From: Gnetum montanum
Lineage: Eukaryota > Plantae > Gnetophyta
Direction of reading: 5' to 3'
Assembly (NCBI GenBank): GCA_015680685.1
Contig: MNCI01001480.1
Coordinates: 1-64,000, forward strand
Length of the DNA stretch: 64,000 nucleotides
In this document: piece by piece, positions 53,003-64,000 of the stretch
How the letters are laid out: the number at the start of each line of letters is the position of its first letter
How positions within the stretch are numbered: the first letter of the stretch is position 1
Notes under the pieces: model-generated
Told to the model about the DNA's origin: nothing
Seen by the model: the letters and a program-made list of their open reading frames with translations, nothing else
The model's database searches: none
Program-made: the position numbers and the translations under genes

Positions 53003-55792
53003 TCATGTAGTTCCAGGTGGTGGTGGCTCCTCCATTGGTGCCTTTCCTTTGTCCTGTGCTCCAGGTTTTGAGGCCTGATGACATTGAAGTATGGCCTGAA
53101 GCTTATCCTCTTTGGTCTGAGGGTCTTGCGCTATCCATGCTAATGTTCCAATGTTTGATAGAGTTGGCACTTCCCATGGACAGGGTAGTTGTGAAAATAT
53201 TTGATTGGCTTTGACATACCAAGCCGTAAACACCTGTCGTTCCTTCTCATAGGCTCTAAATTTATCCTTGTACTCTTGAAAATCTATTATCTATTGAGCC
53301 AAGTATATTGCGACACCTTTTTGTCCTTGGTAGTTGGCTTTCACCACCTCAAGCTCAAAATTTGCAACTTCCAGTTTCTCTAACAGCTTTTTGCACTCTA
53401 CAAATTCTGCTTCATATTTGATGTGGTTGGTTTCTACCTACTGCTCAAGCTTTGTCCTCGAGCACCTTGCTGTTAACATGGCAAGGTTAGCATATCTCAA
53501 GTTCGTCAACACCATGTATTCTATCAAATCCTTAATCTGCAAGTCTTGGCTCTTAACTTCCGCTTGGTGGGCAAAGGCATATGTGTCCAATATGGCCTCC
53601 CAGTCAGTGTGTTGAGCACTAATAGTGTTGATCTGGGCCTTGGCCATATGGATCTCCTTCTCAAGGATTCTTTTTGTACATCCCCACCTGATCTTGGAAG
53701 TGCTCCTTTAGATTTTCATGCCTTTTATCCTCATTTTACCACACACTTATCTCAATGGCTGATTTTTTATGAATGGCGTGTACCTCCTCCATCGAGAGGG
53801 TTCAATTTTCTCTAGCTAATTGACTCACGTCTCGGTTGACCTAAATGAATTATTCTCGCAATTGATTAAAGTGTTCCTTGAGAATGTTCTTTTGCTTTTC
53901 CACGGTGGTCAACCAAAGGTTGTCTGCAACAAGCTGCTTGTTTTCTTCTTGTAAGGCCTTGAGTATCTTAATATGTGCATGAATTTGTGCCTGTTCCGCG
54001 GAGGCATCCCAAATAGCCTTCTCTTTTTCATTAGCCACCTTTTTATTCTCTACGATTATCTTGGTTAGTTGCTTAGTTCTAAAATTATCTAGCTAGTCTA
54101 CCAGAACAAATTGCAGAGGGTCTCGCTGTGCTGCTTGTAAGGTGACGAGCTGCTCTTGTAGATTCTGCACCTCAACTTCAGCATGCTTGACCCTCACTTC
54201 TATTAAGACCAGCTTCCCCTTCATAGAAATGAGGTTTAACTGAATTACCGTAACATCCTGAGGGATGTTAAATAGGGATGTAAAAAATTACCCTATTTGT
54301 AGCAATTGATCAAGCACATCCTCATGTTCCACAGGAGTAATTGAGGTTCTAGCCAAAGTTTGAGCATCCTGTGCTCCTGTGAGATCTGCTGGTGGCACAA
54401 CAGGTACATTGAAGGATTCTTTGATGTGATCAGTAACCACTTCTGCAGCTCCTGCAACATTTTGGTGTTGTACGACCACCACAGTGGCCCCTTCACCAGT
54501 CTTTGATTGGACCTGGAAAGATGTCGCATTTCTTGAGATCTGTTGTAACCATCTACTTTTCCTTCCTCTTGTGTGAATAGAGACTTCATCTCTCGTGCGA
54601 TCTAAAGAAACAATGGGTTGTAGGACATCATCAATGATGTAGAAGAGTTTTGCATCATCACGACTTCCCCAACTAACTATCTCAGCAATGGCCCAAAGAT
54701 GGCTCATCGAAACTTTGTAGTCTTGTGGTGGTGCCAGCTAATCCTAGCCTATGCTAGGCCTTGCTTCCTGTTGTTGACTAGGACCTGTGCCTGGAGGTTG
54801 GTTGGGTCCTACAAGTTGAGTTGTAGTTGGTTCAGCCATCTGTTCTTCTTCTTGTTTTGGTCCTAGCTCTTCACCAGTGCTTTTTCTTGGAGCTGGCGCC
54901 TTTAGCAATTTAGCATATGAAGCAGTCTGGGCCTTTCGGAGGACATCATTGGTATACCCCTGAATACTAACATGTCAGCAAAGCTTTCTAATAAGACAAG
55001 GAAAAGGTAATGCCATCTTCCCTGTCTTTCATTCCTCGAACTACCTCAAGATCTCTGTTAAATATAGATGGGGCAGATTAGTGTTAACCTTTCCCATCAA
55101 CATTGCAAATTCTCTAGCTGCATACATTGATATTATTTTCAAGCCCTTGGTGGGGAAGATGTGATATGTTCCAATTTTAAAGTAAATCCTCTCTTCCGTT
55201 GTCAACTCACCAAATGTTTTATCTCTACCATAAGCCTTTTCCAACCAATCCCTTCACACATCGGGGTCTGAACAGGTGGATAACTAAGCAACTTTGGGCC
55301 CTATATTTGAAAGGTTTAACACTTCCAAAATGACCTACGTGGAGAAATCAACTATCACCCCACAAATATTGATAGTTGTGCCTTTCTCCCTAGTGTGCTA
55401 GAATTGGTACGTCTCTCCTAGGTACCAGGAAGTACTTTCAGAGAGGATAGGCCATAAGGGAGACCCTGTGAGGTGATCCCTAATAGCCTCAGGAGTGAAC
55501 TCTGCAAAATATTTGAAGTTCAATTCCACAATTACCGTAGTGAATGTGGACTTCTCATGGATGGCCTGAACACAATATTGGGGCAACATAAGATGTTGTT
55601 CCTGTTTAGGCACTATAGTAGCTCCTCCTTCTACCTACTTGGACCATCTAGGAGGAGGTTCTTCTTGATGAATTTGAATGATTGCTCCTCTTGTTCTGCA
55701 TGTTGTTTGGTAGGACCTTGTCTTCCCACTCTTTGAGATCGTTTGCCCCCACATTTAGTAAGACCTTCTTGTTGTCCACGTTTCAGGGCCAT
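53003..55792 (-). pseudogene. Element C ORF2 (env-like / plant transposon protein-like domain plus coiled coil)
   Basis: MALKRG start directly after TTGTAG, ALPFPCLIRKLC (~55010), long coiled coil, ends QDKGKAPMEEPPPPGTT*. Confidence 0.82.
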
Positions 55793-56080
55793 CTACAATC
55801 ACATGGGGCCAAGCATTAGTAAGGTTGTTTTTGAAATTGAGTTATACATTACTGCTTGCCTTAATTAATGATCTTATTTTATCTCCATGTGATCTTGCCC
55901 AAAAGATTGTAATAATGAGTCCGTGTTACTTAGGTGGTTTCCAATTTTAATTTCCCGATATGCCTAGGGGTTAAATGATTTTTGGGCACAATTATTCTAA
56001 GTGTTATAGCTAATTACCCTAAATGATGTCCTTTGGATGATGATAAATTCTAAAAAAGTTAGGCGCTATTTAGCAGATGT

Positions 56081-56098
56081 CCCTCCCCCACGACTAAG
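56081..56098 (-). other. Internal PPT-like motif of C (copies in B at ~26930 and ~27211, in D at ~47162)
   Basis: TTAGTCGTGGGGGAGG resembles the terminal PPT AGTCATGGGGGTA. Confidence 0.7.
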
Positions 56099-56268
56099 CT
56101 GAACACTTCAGGTTCAAGTAGGTTCAAACGGGATTAAAATTGAAGTACCAGCGAGCAAGATAGAGGTTGAAAAGCAAAGGTGTCATACTCGTAGGTCATA
56201 GAGAAAAATTTGAAAAACTCCACTACGTGAATGATGAGAATTGAGGCTAAGTGTTGTAGGGGGTCACC

Positions 56269-56345
56269 TATTTATAGGTTTGTGAGGGTGCGATATCACG
56301 TATGATACATCGTGTACCCGATATCTCGTCCCTAGTGATATGAGG
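56269..56345 (-). promoter_or_regulatory. Putative internal promoter of C (TATAAATA plus GCGATATC-type palindromes)
   Basis: GTGCGATATCACG..CCCGATATCTCG next to the TATA, matching the LTR U3 GCGATATCGCG repeats at 60604-60646. Confidence 0.6.
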
Positions 56346-57721
56346 CACAAGAAAAATACCAAATTTTTAAAGGATTTTCTTGAAATCAATGGTGTAACTG
56401 AGGAGATTAGGCTATTGTTAAGGGATTCTCAGGTAATTAGATGGATTTGAAGGCACGAATAATGATGAGTAAGTGTAACAGATCAATAAAACCTTGGGTG
56501 TTGAGAAAAAGGTTATGTGATGGTTCATGGGAACGTTGAAATTTATAGGGATAATAGTAAGGGAAAGAATGTTATGAAAAATAAGCTGAGGGTGAGAAAT
56601 GATGTGTGTGAGTTATATCATAAGTGAAGATTACAAAAGATTACACAAGTGGATCCTCCCCAAAGTAGGTTCCAACCTATAACACCCTTGTGTAACCACA
56701 CTTAAAGTGTCCATGGGCACTAGAAGGGTTAGATGTAATCCGCACTAATTCCACAAAACACACACATGTAATTATCACCAGAATGAGGTAATAATTCTAT
56801 GTTACACATGACACGAGCTACAATTACATGAACAGTGAGATGAGATGAAGTATAGAAGGGATCATAGAGATTGGGGTATGAGGTAACTGACCCAAGGCAC
56901 AGTGAATCCTGCATGTAAAGCATGGTTAAGGTGTCATTCACCCTTTGTTCCAAGATCAGGACCAAGTCCATTCCTCTAATCAGTGACATCACATCGTTTC
57001 ATCCCATGGTGAACAACTATGAGAGTACCTAACAACAAGGCATATGATCACTTGGCATTTTATTCAAGGGAGGAGTGATTTTTGTTTTGTGGAACTTTTC
57101 TTTTTATTATTATTATATTTTTATTTTTTTCTTTCTTTTTCTTTCTCTCTCTCTTTTTTTTGATCACTAGATCCAGAGAAGCCGCCAACCTTCAAGCATG
57201 GGTGCATGTCTTTCCAGTGGGACCCCCTAGAATAGCATTGGATTTTTGAGTTCCCTTTTGATTACTCTTACTCCCATTTTCTTTATATCTACAAGGATCT
57301 TAGTACAACCACGTTGTATGATAACTCCCACTGACGTCACAAAAGAGAATCCGCAAGTCCCCTTGATGTCACACCTAATCATTCCCTCTTGGTCCATCCT
57401 TCTTCATTCTGGGTACAATGAACACAAAAATTAATTTTTATGTTTTAAAATGTCAAGAATATCACTGTACCCTTGAATAGAATCTCTTATTTGTAGAATG
57501 GATGAGTGGGTGTAATGGGCTCACTATCCAAATAATTGACCACTTGAGACTTAATAACATAGAACACACCTCAACCAATGATCCACATGAGTGTTTTATT
57601 CGTAGATGATATTACTTACAAAAACTTAAAAAGACAAAAGGTTAAAACAAGAAAGTTGAAAAATGAAAAACTAGAAAACAAAAAGTTGTAAAATCAAAGA
57701 AAATGAAAATGATTATTAATC

Positions 57722-59716
57722 CTACTTGTTATTAGGATGGGGGGTATCCCCCATAACTAAATAGTTGAGCATGGCAAGGATTAATAAATAAAGGATGAGG
57801 TTCCTTACATGTTGGAAGTATTGGAACTTGGCCATACTTATCCCATTGGAGTTCACACACTTGATTGTAGTAAGCATAGTAGGACAATTTATGAGATGTG
57901 GTTCCCGAATAACGAGTTGACCCACTATGATATTTGGGACCGTTAGATGGTATGCAAGGATCGGGATGTTGCCTTCCATGATTGTGTTCATTGGGTTGTA
58001 TGGTTGTTGGAGTGTTAGTTGGTGGCCCTAATGAAGTTACATGAGGTGTTGGGTTTGAAGATAAGGATGCACCACAGTGTTGAGCTTGTGCTAAGTTAGA
58101 GGATGTAGTGGCCTTGGAATTGTGTTCTCCCTTCCTATGGTCATGTTTAAAGAAGGGACACTTTTGATGTTGCTAAGGTCTCTCACTACTATTGGAAGTA
58201 GTAGCACAAGTAGCATTCGTGGGTTGTGGTGGTGGTGCAGACACTTTAGGAACAGTTGGTGGCAATGTGGAAGGAGGGAAAGTATGAGAATGCTAAAAGT
58301 TAGGAGGAGTATAAGATGCACAAGGTAGTGGTTGTGTTGGAGGCATAGGTTGATAGTATTGAGGAGAATAATAATGGGGTGAGATAGAGTATGTTGGCCC
58401 AGTTGGAGAAACAGGATGTTGAACTAGATAAGCATTTGGATTCGGATGATATGAAGGGTCTCTCCAATTTAGTGGTGGTCTCCCCCAAGATTTGGATTGT
58501 TGCCACTGTGATCGAACACAGTATCTCTGTACAAACTCTAGATGTAATGTGTTTCTCCAATGCTCATGTAAATGTAACAATATTGGGCATTGGCCTTTGG
58601 GGTAATCGTATAGGCAGATGTTACATTCATACGTATGATTGGCAGTTGAGCACTTGTTCCCTTCATTCTTTTCTTCCAAATGTATAATGTTTTGTCCTAT
58701 TTCTTGGGTTGTTAAAACTCTATCTCCAATCATGTTGATAAATTCTCCATACTTTTGATATTTCCATTCCAACATCTTATTGATCTTTACCTCAACTTCC
58801 TCTAATGATTGTTGTTGTACCGACAAAGATGATGTTTCCACCTTGTGATAGGTTGATTTCTCATTTTTATGATCATGGACCTTTATTAAGTTGAGATTTT
58901 GGTCCTGTTGATGTTTTTCAACACTCTCCCATCTAGCCATTTCTCCTTCCCCTTTTTCTACCTCCTAATAAGCTCTTGGACTTGATGGGTTCGTAGTTCA
59001 TATAGTTGACCTTGGGCATACATTCCTAAGGTTTCTCTTATTTCATTATGTAGCCCATCAATGATATGGTGCATTAGCCTTTCCTTGGAGAACCCATGGC
59101 TTGGACAATTGTTTAATAGTGCATAATATCTCTCTAAGGCCATGTCCAAGGGTTCATGTTGTGCTTGTTTCCATCCTTGGATTTTTTTCCTCAAGGCTGA
59201 CACTCTTGCATAGGTTTGATATATTTCATTAAATAACTCTACCATTGTTTACCAACGTCGTATTGAATTTGGTTTTAAGGATCTATACCATACTTTTTCT
59301 TGGCCAACAAGTGTCATAGGAAAGAGCTTAAGTTTTTTCTAGTCGTTATTAATGTTGTTCCATGCACAGGCATCGTAGAAGGCTAGTAAATGTTGTTGCG
59401 GATATAAGTCATAGCCTCCTAAAAAAGTAGGAAAGTTGTTTAAATTGAGCATGGGTAGACGACTCTCTTTATGATTCCTACATGAGATTCGAACAACCTC
59501 CTATATTTGTGTTAAGCTTGTAGTTGCTAGTGGGGGCTCATCGTCATCTTATAAGTTATGCCTTCGAGCGTTTGGATGATGTTGCTTCCATTCATGTTTA
59601 TAAGAAACCCCCACCTCAGGTTGCACACTCCAATCTTCATTGTCATATAGTTTGTTGGTTCTCCAATGAACTTCCTCACTAAGTGTGGCATTATTGTAAT
59701 CTTGTAGGAGAGGCAT
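57722..59716 (-). pseudogene. Element C gag remnant
   Basis: FPTFLGGYD..QQHLLAFYDAC..KLKLFPMTL..WYRSL..SALRKKIQGWKQAQHEPLDMALERYYALLNNCPSHGF..DGLHNE, knuckle CNICLYDYPKGQC, Pro/Tyr-rich tail. Confidence 0.88.
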
Positions 59717-62076
59717 TGTTGTGAAGTTGTGTGTGAAATTATGTGTGACTTTTAATAATTATTTCTTTCTAAATGATATATTGTTAAGTCCTATATAGCA
59801 ACCTTATATGATATAACTAATCTAGATAACTAGCACTGTCCCCGGCAATGACACCTATGATGAGTGGCGAGGTACCCCTACACTCAACCATACGAATACG
59901 AGTGTTCTCACATGCAATCTAGTTGAACTCTGCAGACGGACTAGTTGTGGCACCTAGATAGTTAGCCTTAGGTCGTAGTTTGCTGTCTTCCCACCTGGAC
60001 TAGTATTATCTTTGTCACGTATGGTTTAGTCCAGCATGAGATGTATGATGTGGTCCTAATCTAATACTACTCCTAAAGGCAATGGAAAGTAAGATTAACT
60101 AAACTAGGAAGAAAGGGTAAGAGAGCCTAAACTAGCCTAAGTGCGATGAGCATATGTTCCTTAATCATTCGTACACATCTTGGACCTCGTGCTCAACTAC
60201 CACTAGGATTACCAAGCGCATGGCCTAGGTACGCTACTATGTTACCAAGTAGTCACACTTAAATGCTCATGATTAAGTCGTACTCATTCTGCGTTACTAG
60301 GAGATAAGGGTAAGAGAGATTAACTAAGAAAGTAGTAAATAACAATTAAATAAATAAATAATTAAACTAAGTGAATGCTGCAATGATGAAGTAATCTCGA
60401 CCTTTATTGCTGGTCATGTGCATGTCCAAGTACATCGCACTCAAATAAAGGATTCCATACAATTATAATCACTACACTGCGGGCAAACACTGGGGAAGTA
60501 TTCTATCTCTAGAAGGGAAAAACTGTCAGAGCTTCGCTAAGAGACTAAAACTAGATGCAAAATAAGGGAGAGCCACCTCTTATTTATAGAACTTGTGGTA
60601 GGCTGCAATATCGCGACTGCGATATCGCGATCATTCAAAACGCGACTCATCAACTAGTCACTAATCTATGGAGGATCTACTCCTCACTCATGTTATCCTA
60701 GTCTATATTCCCCAATTCTACCCTCGTTAGGATCTGCATCCTATCAATATCGATCCACTTGGAAGAGCATAACTATAGAAGTCTCACCTAATGTAGTGGT
60801 AATCTGAGGGGTGGGAGAGTTAGCAACTACAATCGACTTTGTAAACATCTTAAAGATGTTTTCGGCATTTATACATTGTACAAACAATTCAAGCTTTCAC
60901 TACTCGATGGCCTCTTCATGCCATGATTTTAGATAACTATCCCTTTTTGTCTTATACTTCAACTTGTGATCTTTTTACTTCCTGCACCACTCTAACACCT
61001 AAGCATAGTAATCACGCCAATCCTTGGTCTTCAGGATTAGTAACTCCATCTGCATGTCCTTCTCTATGTTGCTCTTAGCTAGAGTAACTTTGCCTTGGAT
61101 AGCACTCTAATATTATGCCTACTTGATCTCCTTCATGCATAAAGAATTTCTATTAGCCACACAAGCTTCTATAAACTCTTTACAATCATGGAGTACCTTG
61201 TTCTCAAGGGATAGCTCCTTCACCTATTTATCTAAAGTTGCAACCCTCTTCCATAAGTATTTATTGCAACAAAGAACATTTTCTACCTCAAGTGATAGCA
61301 TGGAAAGCTCATCGAGATTAATGTTACATGTAGGATCCCATTTGACTCTGGATATTGCATGAGCAAAAAAAAAAAAAAAAAANAAAAAAAAATTGATAAC
61401 TGCTAAGACCATACAGTCATAAAACATAGGGCCAAAATACAAAATAAAATAAAAAACAAAGAAAGTAGTTCTAACAATTCTAACCAATCATGGAATATTT
61501 GTTGTAAATGATCAATCAAGTCATCCACCATGCTTTGCATTGAATTCTATATTCATCGAGACCTCCACCAAGGGCTTGAAGTGGAGAGTTGACATGGATG
61601 CCTCTTGGGGGAGATTCATGTACTAAAAAAACAATAACCATCAATATAGCCTACCATTGAAACATGCATCAAAACTTAGTAGACAAAAATAGTAAAACTT
61701 ATTGGGGAGATCAGGAGATACGTCCATGGGAAGGTCATCATCTTGAGGCAAGTCACTTAGGATGGAGTTCATGACTTCCAACGTCTCCTTAGATGCTCAT
61801 GCATCCTCCTCCTCCTTGGACTTCTAATCCTCCTCTTCTTTATGCGTTCACTCCTCTTCAGCAACATCTTGAGTAGCTAGCTCCTACCTCACCCTTGCAC
61901 CCAATGAAATCCAAGTTTACAACAAATTAGCCCATATCCTTAGGCAATTAAAAGTTTATAACTAGAGAACAAAGAAGCTAACAAAAAACACATGAAACCA
62001 AAACAATAAATATAATGATGCATGTAAATGAATACATACCATGACGTAACACTAAAGCCAAAAAGGTAATTATTCT

Positions 62077-63855
62077 TCATGTCTTGGATATGTGGGTTAA
62101 AGCATTGGAACCATTTGACAAATATTCTGAGACAATTTTTGCCAACAGAGATCCTTCATTTTCCATTAGTTTTGATGGCTTGTCATACTCAATCATTTGA
62201 CCATCACTTATAGTGAGAACCATATCACTGTCCATCACACTTGGTATTCTATGTGCAACAGTAATAACTGTGCTTTCTTTGAACTCTATTCTTATTGTTG
62301 CTTGTATTATTGCATCTGTTGCATTAGCTATTGAAGAAGTTGCATCATCTAATACAAGGATTTTGCTTCTTTGAAGCAAAGCACGTCCCCAAAAATAAAA
62401 AATAAAAATAGTTGCCACTGCCCAGCATTCCAATTCTTACCATCATCTCCTACTTTGGCATCAAGTCCATTTTCTCTCTCTCTGATTACGTCTCCAAGTT
62501 GACCCTTGTTTATTGCTTCCCATATTGCCATATCTGAGTACTTTGATAATGGATCTAGACTGAAATGAAAAATCCCATTAAAAATCATTGGCTCTTGAGG
62601 AACTATGCCGATACGGAAGCGCAAATCATGGCGTCCAATCATGGAAATATCCAAATTGTCAATAATAATTCTTCCATCAACAAGCTCAACTAGTCTAAAG
62701 ATCGCACTCATGAGGGTTGTCTTTCCACTTCCTGTACGTCCAACAATGCATATCTTGTGACCTGCTTCAAATGTACAAGTAACACCACGAAGAAAAAGTG
62801 GGTTATTGCTTCTGTACCTAACCTGCAAGTTTTGCGATTCTACTTCTCCATGTGAAGGCCAATCATTTGGTGGCTGGTTATCCTCTATGACCTCTGGTGC
62901 TTCACTTGGTATGTGCATGTATTATTTTATAGGCTTCACAGATACCATGCAATTCCGATAGAGTACATTGAGTTTGAACACTGAAAACCAACGACATATT
63001 CAACCAAAGCCCATAAGATAGGGCCATTCCAACAAACCCTAGATGAAAAGTGCCTTCCGGCAATAATACCATAACGAGGGTAGAACGGCAAAGAAGAGTT
63101 GCACTGAAAAGCTCCAACCTTTGAATCAGCCACTCCTTTGCTGCAAAATTGTGGAAAGAGAGAGAAAGAGAAAGAGAGCCAGCATTCTTGTCGGTAAGAA
63201 CCAAATTCATTTTGACAAACTGATCCTTGACCTTGAGAGTTGTGATAGTCATCGCTCCTGATATGGATTTTTCCAAATGATGGGTTATAGGTGACTTGGT
63301 TGGACCATTCATTCTCATCATTCTTTGGCAGAAGAGAGATAATATCTCTGAATTTGAACAACCAGATAAAGCATTGGCAAAACTACGGACAAAACCTGCC
63401 ATGTCACTACTGCTATAACTCCAATGTAAGACAATGTATTCAGGGTGTTTGTTGTTGCAAATAGCATGATAAATGGAATATCGACATCAAGAAGGTTCAA
63501 ATCTGAAGAAATCCTACTGAAAACTCTGCCTAGCGGAGTTGAATCATAGAATGCCATGGATGCTCTGATTAGCGAAGTTAGTAGCCCAATAAAATGATTT
63601 TGATGCTTCAAGCCCCATAATAACACAAATATTCCTCTAATTAACATGAAAAGCAGACTGATAAAACCTAAGACTGAGTACACAGTTATCAGCATAGCTG
63701 TGCTCCCGGCAGGACTCTATACCTTTGATGCCATTCAGAATTTTGTGAGAGTTGACAACTAATAAACAGTGAATGTGTAACTACAAGAAGAGTATAATTT
63801 AACAACCCTTTGTTCCGCTTTACATAAAGAATATACGTTTGCAATATGTCCACAC
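62077..63855 (-). pseudogene. ABC transporter C family (ABCC10/MRP14-like) processed pseudogene: TMD2 + NBD2, frameshifted
   Basis: [69 protein letters not shown], Walker [42 protein letters not shown]. Several frameshifts; no introns over ~1.8 kb. Confidence 0.9.
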
Positions 63856-64000
63856 GCTGAGCAGTAAGAGGTCCACACGATGGATGCACTACCGCAAGCC
63901 TGTGAGGCCAGTGTGTGGACACGCCAAGAAAATTTCTATTTTTGATGCTGTGCGATGGAAAGCAAATTCCATATGATGCCCAACGTCTCAGCCATCGTAT

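Larger units (their letters stand above)
51998..60652 (-). mobile_element. Element C: best-preserved full-length pol-less Athila-like LTR element (gag + ORF2)
   Basis: LTRs 51998-52839 and 59858-60652, perfect TSD ACTAG (51993-51997 / 60653-60657). PBS AGGTGTCATTGCCGGGGA ~59856-59839, PPT CAGTCATGGGGGTA 52853-52840. Confidence 0.96.

Noticed and set aside
53017-58687. Plus-strand ORFs within B and C as antisense genes
   Set aside because: Short shadows of the minus-strand gag/ORF2; not conserved between B and C.
61364-61392. A-run as poly(A) tail of the ABCC retrocopy
   Set aside because: Wrong strand (it is poly-T on the gene strand) and ~700 bp away inside TE-like sequence.
62077-63922. 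Functional ABCC gene with short introns
   Set aside because: Frame changes occur without intervening intron-length sequence, and conserved residues are altered (Walker B reads LDDA).

Overview
AT-rich, heavily C-to-T-decayed plant nuclear DNA with 3 assembly gaps. It is almost entirely a stack of nested, dead LTR retrotransposons, and I recognise no intact protein-coding gene. Reconstructed architecture: (A) a minus-strand chromovirus-type Ty3 element with gag-PR-RT-RH-INT, in a tandem that shares one LTR, and split by (E) a Tat/Ogre-like gag-PR element whose 3' LTR carries (F) a gag-only element. An inverted A-family copy is split in its protease by (B), one of three Athila-like elements (B, C, D). 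B and C carry gag plus a ~900-aa ORF2 and no pol; D retains only its ORF2 half. D's ORF2 is interrupted by (G), a gag-remnant element holding a same-strand chain of intronless host gene fragments (HDA8-like, glutamate decarboxylase, class III peroxidase). The GAD fragment is itself split by a Tork/Tnt1-like copia. The window ends in an intronless, frameshifted ABCC10-like pseudogene. Two signals stand out. First, each Athila-like element has an internal TATA plus palindromic-motif module upstream of ORF2 that matches its own LTR U3 motif but not that of its relatives. Second, the three-gene spliced-mRNA chimera lies between the LTRs of G. All homologies are from manual translation and motif recognition; no database search was run.
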